Below, piece after piece: positions 19,776-28,728 of a stretch of DNA of 64,000 nucleotides (position 1 is its first letter; every line of letters begins with the position of its first letter). A model generated the notes under the pieces. The model did no database searches, had not been told where the DNA came from, and was given only the letters and a program-made list of their open reading frames with translations. Origin of the DNA: Bacteroidota bacterium (GTDB lineage Bacteria; Bacteroidota; Ignavibacteria; UBA10030; UBA6906); assembly GCA_020846365.1 (NCBI GenBank), contig JADLEA010000197.1, positions 9,584 through 73,583 of the forward strand, written 5' to 3'. A program made the translations under genes and the position numbers.

Positions 19776-20936
19776 ATGCAACGAGCAACGGATGCATCAC
19801 GTCAACGGGTGGATTCGCTGGATGTTTTCCGAGGGGTGACAATCGCCGCCATGATCCTGGTGAACAACCCGGGATCGTTCGAAGACTCCTTCACCCAGCT
19901 GCGCCATGCGGCATGGCACGGTTGCACGCTGACCGATTGGATATTTCCGTTCTTCCTCTGGATCGTCGGTGTCTCAATGGTGTTCTCTTTTGCGAGGCGC
20001 TTGGAGCGGGGGGAAGACCGGACTGCGCTCTTCTTCCACGTCGTGCGGCGATCCGCAATTCTGATCATGCTGGGCCTGGTGGTGAACGGATTTCCTTTCG
20101 GGCTCTTCGGTGACGCTCCCTTCTCCTGGTCCACAATCCGGCTCCCCGGTGTGTTGCAGCGCATCGCGGTCTGCTACGCTGTTGCCGGCGCAATGCTCAT
20201 TCTGAGAGCAGGCAGGGGCGCGCGAATATGGACCATCGCTGCGTTACTGATCGGATACTGGCTCGCTATGATCCTGATACCGGTTCCCGGCCACGGGAGT
20301 GGACTCCTGGAGCCGGCGGGCAATCTTTGCTGGTACATTGATTCCTCGTTATTGGGTTCGCACACCTGGACTTATGCTCCCGCCGAGGGTTTCGATCCGG
20401 AAGGGATCCTGAGTACGCTTCCGGCGATTGCCACGACGCTGCTTGGAACTCTCGGAGGAGACTGGCTCCGCACGGAGCGCGAAGGCGTGGAGAAGACACG
20501 CCGGTTTCTGGTCACGGGAGCGGTGCTGATCGCCGGAGGATTACTGGCCAACACATGGTTTCCGATCAACAAGAACCTCTGGACCAGTTCGTACGTCCTC
20601 TACACGGGAGGGTGGGCCTTCGGTTGTTTCGGTGTTCTGTACTGGCTCGTGGACATCCGGAGGTGGAAAGCGCCGGTGACTCCCTTCCGCGTGTACGGCA
20701 GCAACGCGATCACGGTGTTCGTCGTCTCCGAGCTTCTCGCGACGGTGCTGTGGATACTCCCTGCTAGTCTGAGGGAAGGACAACAGCTGTCGCTTCACGA
20801 TGAGATCTACGAGAGAGCATTTCTTCCGCTGACTTCTCCCCCGGTTGCCTCGTTGTTGTTCGCGCTGGCTTTCGTTCTTGCCCTGTACATCCTTGCGTTG
20901 GTCATGTGGCGCAACAAGTGGTTTGTCAAAATCTAG
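19776..20936 (+). CDS. Membrane acyltransferase, heparan-alpha-glucosaminide N-acetyltransferase (NagX/DUF5009)-like
   Basis: RVDSLDVFRGVTIAAMILVNNPG, HAAWHGCTLTDWIFPFF, PGVLQRIA, DPEGILST, PINKNLWTSSY. CAGGAGG RBS before ATG 19776. Confidence 0.88.
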   Translation: MQRATDASRQRVDSLDVFRGVTIAAMILVNNPGSFEDSFTQLRHAAWHGCTLTDWIFPFFLWIVGVSMVFSFARRLERGEDRTALFFHVVRRSAILIMLGLVVNGFPFGLFGDAPFSWSTIRLPGVLQRIAVCYAVAGAMLILRAGRGARIWTIAALLIGYWLAMILIPVPGHGSGLLEPAGNLCWYIDSSLLGSHTWTYAPAEGFDPEGILSTLPAIATTLLGTLGGDWLRTEREGVEKTRRFLVTGAVLIAGGLLANTWFPINKNLWTSSYVLYTGGWAFGCFGVLYWLVDIRRWKAPVTPFRVYGSNAITVFVVSELLATVLWILPASLREGQQLSLHDEIYERAFLPLTSPPVASLLFALAFVLALYILALVMWRNKWFVKI

Positions 20937-21020
20937 TCTGGAGGTGCATCCGTAATGCCTTATTATTCATCATGTTACGGAGCGTTTTGACACCGTTGTC
21001 ACGATTTTGTGCGAAATGTC

Positions 21021-21049
21021 TTGACAACGGGAGATAGATGTCGTATAAT
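21021..21049 (+). promoter_or_regulatory. Sigma70-type promoter of the LacI gene
   Basis: TTGACA (21021-21026), 17-bp spacer, TATAAT (21044-21049): exact consensus. Confidence 0.85.
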
Positions 21050-21050
21050 A

Positions 21051-21066
21051 GCGCAAACGTTTGTGC
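21051..21066. promoter_or_regulatory. LacI-family operator 1
   Basis: GCGCAAACGTTTGTGC, a CG-centred palindrome (core CAAACGTTTG perfect) immediately after the -10 box. Confidence 0.8.
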
Positions 21067-21093
21067 GCATTTGCCTGTAATCGGCTTGGAGGG

Positions 21094-22146
21094 ATGTTGC
21101 CGGCGACCTTGCACGACATAGCCAGGAAATCAGGGCTGTCAGTTTCCACCGTCTCGCGGATCCTGAATAAGAAATCTGCGAAGTACAGGATCAGCGAGGC
21201 GACGGAGAAGCTTGTGCAGAAGACTGCGAGGGAACTGAACTACAGACCAAACCAGCTGGCGAGGGGGTTGCGGCTGAAGCGAACGCACACGATCGGGCTG
21301 GTCGCGCCCGATCTGTCAAATCCGTTCTTCGCCTCAATCATGAAGAGCGCACAAGTGGTTGCGCACGGACTCGGGTACAGTCTGATCGTGTGCGACACCG
21401 ATGAAAATGTGCAGATGGAGGTCGAGCATGTCAACCTCCTGTACAGCAAAGGCGTGGACGGCATGATTGTCCTGCCTGTCGGACAGAAGAACAGTCACCT
21501 TGGTTTTTTTGTAGAACATGCCGTTCCCCTTGTGCTCGTCGATCGTGTATTCAATGACCTCACCGCCAACACGGTTCTCATCGACAACTATGGCGGCGCT
21601 CGGGAAGCCGTGGAGTTTCTGATCTCGCGGGGGCACAGCCGTATCGCCATAATTCAAGGTCTACCAAGCACTTACACGAGCAACGAGCGCTTGCGCGGTT
21701 ACACCGACGCGCTCTCGCACCACAATATCCCTGTTGACGAATCGCTGATACTCGGGAAGGATTTCCGGAAACAGAATGGTTACATCGAGACAAAGTTCCT
21801 GCTCCGTCGAAGTGAACGGCCGACCGCAATCTTCACCACAAGCGATCTGATCACGCTCGGCGCGCTGGAAGCTATATTCGAGGAAGGCCTCGAAGTCCCC
21901 ACAGATATCTCCGTCATTGCCTTCGATGAAGTCGAATCGGCGGACTTTTTCCGATGCCCCATAACCGTCATCGCCCAACCCAAGGAGACCATCGGCGAAA
22001 TAGCCGTGAAGCTTCTCATTGAGCAGATCCGGAGTCCGAAAAAGCTAGACCCCCGGCAGATTGTCCTCAAGCCACACCTGATCGTTCGTGAGTCTGTGGC
22101 CCGGGTAGATGTTCACTCCGCTGCTGATCTTGCAGCTGTTCCGTAA
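21094..22146 (+). CDS. LacI-family transcriptional regulator
   Basis: ATLHDIARKSGLSVSTVSRILN HTH, LNYRPNQLARGL hinge, sugar-binding domain. GGAGG before ATG 21094. Confidence 0.95.
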   Translation: MLPATLHDIARKSGLSVSTVSRILNKKSAKYRISEATEKLVQKTARELNYRPNQLARGLRLKRTHTIGLVAPDLSNPFFASIMKSAQVVAHGLGYSLIVCDTDENVQMEVEHVNLLYSKGVDGMIVLPVGQKNSHLGFFVEHAVPLVLVDRVFNDLTANTVLIDNYGGAREAVEFLISRGHSRIAIIQGLPSTYTSNERLRGYTDALSHHNIPVDESLILGKDFRKQNGYIETKFLLRRSERPTAIFTTSDLITLGALEAIFEEGLEVPTDISVIAFDEVESADFFRCPITVIAQPKETIGEIAVKLLIEQIRSPKKLDPRQIVLKPHLIVRESVARVDVHSAADLAAVP

Positions 22147-22224
22147 CTCAAGACATATCCAGGACTAGTACCACCACGCATGTTTCTGAACGAATGCCCT
22201 TCGTCTCCAAAAATGTCCCTTTCA

Positions 22225-22242
22225 TGCACAAACGATTGTGCA
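22225..22242. promoter_or_regulatory. LacI-family operator 2, upstream of the sugar-utilisation operon
   Basis: TGCACAAACGATTGTGCA, a near-perfect palindrome matching operator 1. Confidence 0.78.
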
Positions 22243-22253
22243 AAGGCACTTTG

Positions 22254-23624
22254 ATGAACATCCCCCCGCTCTCAGCGCATACCTGCTCGCTGCGCATCGC
22301 GCGCAACCTGCATCTTCTGCTCATCACGACCCTCATCACGGGAATGAGCATTCTCCTGCCCGCATGCGGAGGAAAGGAAGAAGACCGGTCGGGAAAGGTG
22401 GAGATCACCTTCTGGCACAGCCTGGTGTCTTCGACCGTGCCGGCGCTGCAGGACCTGATCAAGAAATTCGAGGAGGAGCATCCCGGTATCACCGTCAAAG
22501 CGCAATACGTGCCCACAGGGGATGCCCTGATCCAGAAGCTTGTCACCGCCGTGCACAGCAACACAGCTCCCGACGTCTCGTGGATCCACGCCAACTTTAT
22601 GCAGGATCTCATTGAAGCCGATGCGATCTATACCATGGAAGAGTTCATCCGCGGTCCGGACAGTCTCCCGCAGGCCGACCTCCAGGATATATACCCCGCC
22701 CTCATGGAGCAGGCGAAATGGCGCGGGGTGCTCTACAGCATGCCGATGGAGGCCACTGCGCTGGGACTTCTGTGCAATCGTGAGCTCTTCAGAAACGCAG
22801 GTTTGGATCCGGATCAGCCGCCCCGGGACTGGAACGAGCTTCGCGCGATGGCGCGCAAGCTCACGCTGGACAAGAACGGCGACGGAAAGTTCGAGCAGAT
22901 GGGCCTCTTCATCCCCATTTTCCCGTACTCCGGTCCGTACGGCGATTGGATGGTGTGGCAGTGGTATCCGTTCCTGTTCCAGGCGGGTGGAAATGTCATC
23001 ACCCTCGACCAGTCTCGCGTGTTGTTCGACAGTCCTGAGGCAATCACGGCGCTCACGCTCTGGAAAGAGATCTACAATGATCTCAACCTCTCCTCCTTTA
23101 CAATCGATTACGAGGTGGCCTTCGCTTCCAAAACGCTGGCGATGGCGATCGATGGCCCCTGGAATATTCCCCGGTGGAGGAAGATGAAGAATCTCGATTG
23201 GACGGTTGCCCCGCTGCCTGCGGGTCCTGCGCGCAACGCCACGGTTGCCGGCGGTGAGTATCTTTCCATCTTCAAGCAGAGCCGCCACCCGAAGGAGACC
23301 TGGATGTTTGTCAAATGGATGCTCCGGCCGGACGTGCAGGCGTTCTGGTCGATGCGATCGGGATATCTGCCGGTCCGCCATGCGGTCCGCTCGGTCAAGG
23401 AGTACAACGACTACCTGGAGACGGATCCCCCTTTGCGGGCCTATGTGGAATCAATGGAGTTCGCCGTTGCCCCGCGCCCGATCGACTACCACAGCCTGAG
23501 GATCAGCAGACACCTTGCCGAGGCGTTGGAGCAGGCAACGCTGGGGCGGAAGGACCCGGCGACGGTCCTGCGTCGCGCAGCGGCGGAATCCAATCGCCTG
23601 TTGGAATCAGTCGTCCGAAAGTAA
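22254..23624 (+). CDS. Sugar ABC transporter substrate-binding lipoprotein (CUT1)
   Basis: Lipobox LPAC-GG, VEITFWHS, APDV, GLDPDQPPRDWNEL, SGYLPVR. Start uncertain. Confidence 0.92.
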   Translation: MNIPPLSAHTCSLRIARNLHLLLITTLITGMSILLPACGGKEEDRSGKVEITFWHSLVSSTVPALQDLIKKFEEEHPGITVKAQYVPTGDALIQKLVTAVHSNTAPDVSWIHANFMQDLIEADAIYTMEEFIRGPDSLPQADLQDIYPALMEQAKWRGVLYSMPMEATALGLLCNRELFRNAGLDPDQPPRDWNELRAMARKLTLDKNGDGKFEQMGLFIPIFPYSGPYGDWMVWQWYPFLFQAGGNVITLDQSRVLFDSPEAITALTLWKEIYNDLNLSSFTIDYEVAFASKTLAMAIDGPWNIPRWRKMKNLDWTVAPLPAGPARNATVAGGEYLSIFKQSRHPKETWMFVKWMLRPDVQAFWSMRSGYLPVRHAVRSVKEYNDYLETDPPLRAYVESMEFAVAPRPIDYHSLRISRHLAEALEQATLGRKDPATVLRRAAAESNRLLESVVRK

Positions 23625-23663
23625 GCATTTACACCAGGGAGAACGCGCATCACCGGTCACCAT

Positions 23664-24587
23664 ATGGTCAAAGCAACTCCACACGCCGATCAGCACCAGC
23701 AGTCCCGCCGCGCCCGGGAGCGAAAAGACATCATTGCGGGAGTGTTGTTTCTCTCCCCGACGCTACTGGTCTTCTCCCTGTTTGTCGTGTTCCCCGTCGT
23801 GTTCTCGTTCTTTCTGAGCTTCCACAAATGGAATATGTTCAGCGCGGAGCAGGCTTTTGTCGGGTTTGACAACTATGCGGCAATCCTTGTGAACCCGGAG
23901 TTCTGGTCCGTCCTTTCCAATACGGCTCTGTACACTCTGGGCACCGTCCCGCTCAATATGGTTATCGCTCTTGCCGCGGCTTACGTGTTGAACAAGAAGA
24001 TCATCGGCCGGCGGATTCTGCGCACCGCCTTTTTCCTTCCCGTCGTAATGTCTCCGGTCGCGGCTGCCGTCATCTGGCGGTGGGTGTACGAGCCGAACTT
24101 CGGCCTGCTCAATTACGGGTTGAGTGTGTTCGGTATCCCGTCTGTCAACTGGCTCAACGACCCGACGGCCGCGATGTTTGCGCTGATCCTGATGGGAGTT
24201 TGGAAATCCTTCGGTGTCAACCTGGTCCTGTTCTCCGCCGGCCTGCAGGGCATTCCGGAGCAGTACTACGAGGCGGCACAGATCGACGGCGCGGGGAAGG
24301 TGCGGCAGTTCTGGAACATCACGCTGCCGTTGCTCAGCCCGACGACATTCTTCATTCTTGTCATGTCGATCATCAGTTCGTTCCAGGTCTTCGACACAGT
24401 GTACGTGCTCACGTCCGGCGGACCGCTGGGTTCGACGAAGGTTCTGGTCTTCTACCTGTACGAAAACGCATTCAAGTACTTTGAAATGGGATACGCCTCC
24501 GCGGTGGCGTACCTGCTGTTTGCGATTGTCTTTGTCTTGACCCTCGTGCAGGTGAAGTACCTGCGCGGAAGCGTACACTACGGATAG
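23664..24587 (+). CDS. Sugar ABC transporter permease
   Basis: FVGFDNY, EAA motif YEAAQIDGAGKVRQFWNITLPLL, MGYASA. Confidence 0.95.
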   Translation: MVKATPHADQHQQSRRARERKDIIAGVLFLSPTLLVFSLFVVFPVVFSFFLSFHKWNMFSAEQAFVGFDNYAAILVNPEFWSVLSNTALYTLGTVPLNMVIALAAAYVLNKKIIGRRILRTAFFLPVVMSPVAAAVIWRWVYEPNFGLLNYGLSVFGIPSVNWLNDPTAAMFALILMGVWKSFGVNLVLFSAGLQGIPEQYYEAAQIDGAGKVRQFWNITLPLLSPTTFFILVMSIISSFQVFDTVYVLTSGGPLGSTKVLVFYLYENAFKYFEMGYASAVAYLLFAIVFVLTLVQVKYLRGSVHYG

Positions 24588-24593
24588 GCGTAC

Positions 24594-25439
24594 ATGCCAG
24601 CAGCGAAAAAACGGACCGTGTTGACCCTCAGCGGAAGCGTGCTGCTGCACGTGGTGGTGTACGGGCTTGCGCTCGCGACCATTGCGCCGTTTCTCTGGAT
24701 GGTGCTGACATCGGTCAAGGATCTGCCGGAGATTCTGACCTATCCTCCCCGATGGATTCCCGAGCGGGCGACGCTGGACAATTTCGTGAATGCCTTCGAG
24801 GCCGCGCCGTTCGGACGGTACTACTTCAACAGCCTGTTTGTAGCATTCAGCGTGACCGCGGGCCAGCTAATCACCTGTTCGATGGCGGCGTATGCTTTCG
24901 CAAGGCTGCAGTTCCGGGGGAGGGATGTGCTGTTCTACCTCTTCCTCGGGACGATGATGATCCCCGGACAGGTCACGATGATTCCCAGCTTCATGGTGCT
25001 GCATTGGCTCGGGTGGGTTGACAGCTACTATGCGCTGATCGTTCCAGGGCTCGCGTCGGCGTTCGGGACCTTTCTGCTGCGCCAGTTCTTCCTTACGATT
25101 CCCCGTGATCTGGAGGATGCGGCGAGTCTGGACGGGTGCAGCAGATTCGGCGTGCTGTGGCGGATCATCCTTCCGCTCTCGCGGCCCGCCCTCGCCACCC
25201 TCGCGATCTTCACGTTCATGGGCGTGTTCAATGATTTTCTCTGGGCGTTGATTGTCGTCAGCTCTGACGAGATGAAAACGGTCCAGCTTGGACTCGCCAT
25301 TTTCCGGGACCGCTACCAGACGGATTGGGGGCAGCTTATGGCGGCGTCTGTGACAGCGACCCTGCCGATTATCATCGTGTTCTTTGCCGCCCAGAAGTAC
25401 TTCATCAGGGGGATCACGCTGAGCGGGATGAAAGACTAA
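24594..25439 (+). CDS. Sugar ABC transporter permease
   Basis: PFLWMVLTS, EAA-like IPRDLEDAASLDGCS...ILPLSRP, QKYFIRG. Confidence 0.95.
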   Translation: MPAAKKRTVLTLSGSVLLHVVVYGLALATIAPFLWMVLTSVKDLPEILTYPPRWIPERATLDNFVNAFEAAPFGRYYFNSLFVAFSVTAGQLITCSMAAYAFARLQFRGRDVLFYLFLGTMMIPGQVTMIPSFMVLHWLGWVDSYYALIVPGLASAFGTFLLRQFFLTIPRDLEDAASLDGCSRFGVLWRIILPLSRPALATLAIFTFMGVFNDFLWALIVVSSDEMKTVQLGLAIFRDRYQTDWGQLMAASVTATLPIIIVFFAAQKYFIRGITLSGMKD

Positions 25440-25465
25440 TGTTCCATTCTCAGGAAGAGAGAGCC

Positions 25466-26434
25466 ATGAAGCGCAAGAATCTGGAATCGACGGCGTCGCT
25501 GACGCTGTTCCTCCTGGCGTTCCTCCTGATGGGGGGATGTGCCTCTGACGAGGACACGGCCCTCGCGCCGTACACCGAACGTCCCACACGGCTGTCGAAG
25601 GTGGCAATACAGGACAGCACGTTCACGCCGAAGGTCACCTGGGTAGGCGGGTACGTGGCGGCATTCGGCGTCAACACCGGTTCCCGAGCGGCGCTGGATG
25701 CCTCGCTTGCCTGGCTGGTTGCGCAGAGCGGCAACACGCTCCGCTATCCCATCACCATCGGACAGCTCCCGTCAGGTGCGCAGGATCTGACGGCACAGTT
25801 CGGAGGCACGCCCCGGTCCCAGTTGACGGAAGACTCCACGTACACGTACTGGGTGATGACCGCCGATGCGTGGGATCTGGTGCGCCAGCTGCCGGAGGCC
25901 TCGCGGAGGACGCTTACAGTGGACACCTCCGCCACCGCCATCGTCCAGTCGCGCAACGACACCGCCTTTGTCCGGGCTGCAAGCTGCGCGATCATGACCC
26001 GCCGGACCGACGTGTTTATCAACATCGACGACTTCCGCCCTTATGGGAGGCTGGCGACGCTGGGACTGATACACACCGGCACGTCGAACAACCCGACGAT
26101 CACATGGCAGATCCGGGATGCGGGAGTCGACACGGCGATCTCCGCCATCGGCATTGTGCGGGGCCAGACGTATGAAGTCGCCAATGTGGTCTGGGAAATG
26201 ATCTCCGCCATCGAGCTTCCCGATACGACGATCTACTGGGTGAACAATGTCATCAGGGGCCCGATCGTGGCCGGGACGCAACTCCCGAACACCCAGACCT
26301 TCACGGAATACCCGGCGGGCGGGCTCGAACGCGGGTACAGCTACATGCTCTGGATCGCCAATAAGGATTGGGACCGCGAAGGGAGGCTTCGCTCCACGCC
26401 GAACTATGCGTACGCGCTTTTCACTGTCTGGTGA
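25466..26434 (+). CDS. Hypothetical lipoprotein with a degenerate two-fold internal repeat
   Basis: MKRK...LLMGGC lipobox; beta-rich, Trp-containing duplicated unit; no family recognised. Confidence 0.75.
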   Translation: MKRKNLESTASLTLFLLAFLLMGGCASDEDTALAPYTERPTRLSKVAIQDSTFTPKVTWVGGYVAAFGVNTGSRAALDASLAWLVAQSGNTLRYPITIGQLPSGAQDLTAQFGGTPRSQLTEDSTYTYWVMTADAWDLVRQLPEASRRTLTVDTSATAIVQSRNDTAFVRAASCAIMTRRTDVFINIDDFRPYGRLATLGLIHTGTSNNPTITWQIRDAGVDTAISAIGIVRGQTYEVANVVWEMISAIELPDTTIYWVNNVIRGPIVAGTQLPNTQTFTEYPAGGLERGYSYMLWIANKDWDREGRLRSTPNYAYALFTVW

Positions 26435-26552
26435 CGTCAAAAGCACTCAACGAAGGGAGGTGAACGTCTTCTAGAAGAGGTACACAGTCTGTACACAGCT
26501 GCAAACCACGTTTCATCAGTATGCTCCGTACACAATCCCAAGGAGGATTGAG

Positions 26553-28532
26553 ATGAAAAGACAACTTCTGCTTCTGCTGGTGGCCCTCACGGTTGTGGCG
26601 ATGGGAGCGTTTGCGCAGGACTACCAGCGCAAGGTGGTGGATGTACCGAAAGTGGACCCTACCGCAATCACGATCGACGGGGTGATGGACGAAGCGGCCT
26701 GGAACACCGCAGCGAGGGCGAACCTTGTGACCTCGACGGGTTTTGACATGTTTGCGTACTACTACGGGCGCGAGCTGGCCGAGCCGGATTTTGATGAGTA
26801 TGTCGGTCGCATGCTGTGGGCACAGGACACGTTGTTCGTCTTCATACACATCGACGAAATGGTCAATGATTCCACGGACCTCTACTGGCGCGGCAAATGG
26901 TCTGCCGATCAGCTGTTCGTGAGCATCTCCAGCCGGTTGGGCATTGACATGAAAGGATGGTATGACGGGAACGTGTACGCTGCGCCGGACGGACCCTACC
27001 ATTTCCTGATCCTTGCCGATAGCGTCACGCTGAACAACACGGAAGTCACGGGGATACCGGATGAATTCATGCGCTTCCCCGAGGACACGCAGCGCGTATT
27101 CCAGGCGTCGGACGTGGCGCGCTGGGGCATCGCCATCAATCCGACCACCGGCGTGTGGGATGTCGAAATGGCTATCTACAACCCCCATATCGCGGCCGGC
27201 AGCTCGATCGGCTTCAACATCGGGGGGAGCGTGGGTTCGACGAAGGGATTCGAGGCTGACTCCGATGCCTACGCGTACTACACCTGGCAGCCAAGCGTCA
27301 TCGATTCCCCCTACGCCCAGCCGCCGAACGTGCCCATTCCCTCGTGGGGCACGGATCCCGGCTCGTACAACCTCGCCACGTCAGTCACCTGGGCAATACT
27401 GCAGTTCACTCCGGGCATGGATGATCTCTACCTCCGGAGGCAGGTGGACGTGCCGCGGGTTGCGCCCGAGGCAATCACCAGCGATGGTCAGATGACGGAA
27501 CCGGAATGGACGGACGCGGCTACAGCGGAGATGGCTTCGCCGACCGGCTTCGATATGTTCGCGTATTACTATGGGCGCGAACTGGCCGAACCGGATTTCG
27601 ACGAACTCACCGGCCGGTTGCTGTGGTCGAAGGAAACCCTGTATGTCTTCATGCACATCGATGAGATCGTCAACGACTCGACCGACCTCTACTGGCGCGG
27701 GAAATGGTCCGCAGACCAGCTGTTCATCAGCCTGTCGAACCGGCTGGGCATCGATATGAAGGGCTGGTACGACGGCAACGTCTACGCGGCGCCGGACGGA
27801 CCGTATCACTTCCTCGTGCTGGCTGACAGCGTCACGCTGAACAATACCGAAGTCACCGGGATTCCGGATGAGTTCATGCTGACGGAGACCGATACCCAGC
27901 GGGTCTTCTATGCATCGGATGTGGCGCGTTCGGCGATCACGATCAATCCAACGACGGGCGTGTGGGATGTCGAAATGGCCATCTACAATCCCAACGTGAA
28001 CCTGGGCACCAGAATAGGGTTCAACGTGGGCGGCAGCGTCGGTTCGACGTATGCATTCGATGCCGATAGTGACGCATATGCCTACTGGACATGGCAGCCG
28101 AGTGTGCTCGACTCTCCGTACGCGCAGCCCCCGAATGTTCCCGTACCGTCGTGGGGAACGGATCCCGGCTCCTACAACCTTGCGACATCCGTCACGTGGG
28201 CCGTTCTCAACTTCAAGGCGACAACCGGCCCGTCCGACGTTTCCGACATGGGAACCGGAATTCCGGCGGCCTACGCGTTGAGCCAGAACTACCCCAATCC
28301 GTTCAACCCATCCACCCGGATCCGGTTTGCTCTTCCCCAATCCGGCCTGGTCACCCTCACCGTGCATAATCTGCTCGGACAGGAGGTCGCCCGGCTTGCG
28401 AATGAAGTCCGTGCGGCGGGTTCGCATGAGGTATCGTGGAATGCCAAAAACCTGGCAACCGGCCTGTATTTCTACCGGCTGAAGGTGGATAACCGCGTAA
28501 TCGAAACGAAGAAGATGGTTCTCCTTAAGTAG
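26553..28532 (+). CDS. T9SS-secreted protein with two tandem ~269-aa CBM9/DOMON-like domains
   Basis: Signal peptide; ITIDGVMDEAAW / ITSDGQMTEPEW (CBM9-like starts); C-terminal LSQNYPNPFNP...TGLYFYRL...TKKMVLLK. AGGAGG RBS. Confidence 0.8.
   Translation: MKRQLLLLLVALTVVAMGAFAQDYQRKVVDVPKVDPTAITIDGVMDEAAWNTAARANLVTSTGFDMFAYYYGRELAEPDFDEYVGRMLWAQDTLFVFIHIDEMVNDSTDLYWRGKWSADQLFVSISSRLGIDMKGWYDGNVYAAPDGPYHFLILADSVTLNNTEVTGIPDEFMRFPEDTQRVFQASDVARWGIAINPTTGVWDVEMAIYNPHIAAGSSIGFNIGGSVGSTKGFEADSDAYAYYTWQPSVIDSPYAQPPNVPIPSWGTDPGSYNLATSVTWAILQFTPGMDDLYLRRQVDVPRVAPEAITSDGQMTEPEWTDAATAEMASPTGFDMFAYYYGRELAEPDFDELTGRLLWSKETLYVFMHIDEIVNDSTDLYWRGKWSADQLFISLSNRLGIDMKGWYDGNVYAAPDGPYHFLVLADSVTLNNTEVTGIPDEFMLTETDTQRVFYASDVARSAITINPTTGVWDVEMAIYNPNVNLGTRIGFNVGGSVGSTYAFDADSDAYAYWTWQPSVLDSPYAQPPNVPVPSWGTDPGSYNLATSVTWAVLNFKATTGPSDVSDMGTGIPAAYALSQNYPNPFNPSTRIRFALPQSGLVTLTVHNLLGQEVARLANEVRAAGSHEVSWNAKNLATGLYFYRLKVDNRVIETKKMVLLK
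26628..28214 (+). repeat. Intragenic tandem duplication, period 807 nt
   Basis: GGACCCTAC at 26991 matches GGACCGTAT at 27798; long identical peptides in both copies. Confidence 0.95.
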
Positions 28533-28540
28533 GTACCGCG

Positions 28541-28588
28541 GTATCCGGAAAGGCGTCGCCCAACCGTACCGACGCTTCAGCCGGATGC
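28541..28588 (+). other. Extended stem-loop after the stop codon (possible mRNA-stabilising or attenuating hairpin)
   Basis: GTATCCGG pairs with CCGGATGC and AGGCGTCG pairs with CGACGCTT (with G-U pairs); no U-tract. Confidence 0.45.
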
Positions 28589-28728
28589 TCCGGGATAGAG
28601 ACGGCGACCGGAGGTGGTCAGCAGTCAAGTCCTCCTCCGGCGCCGCTTCCGGGATCCGCAGCAGGGAACAGCGGGTCTCAGCAGCGGCGAGTGGGCAGGG
28701 GTGATGCACATGAGAATCAGGACACCAA

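Noticed and set aside
26628..28214. Long repeat considered as an assembly artefact, mobile element or CRISPR array
   Set aside because: The copies are in frame and differ at many synonymous sites. There is no spacer structure, transposase or cas gene.
28589..28728. GC-rich spacer considered as a riboswitch or ncRNA
   Set aside because: No recognisable aptamer consensus by eye; an Rfam/Infernal scan would be needed to exclude it.
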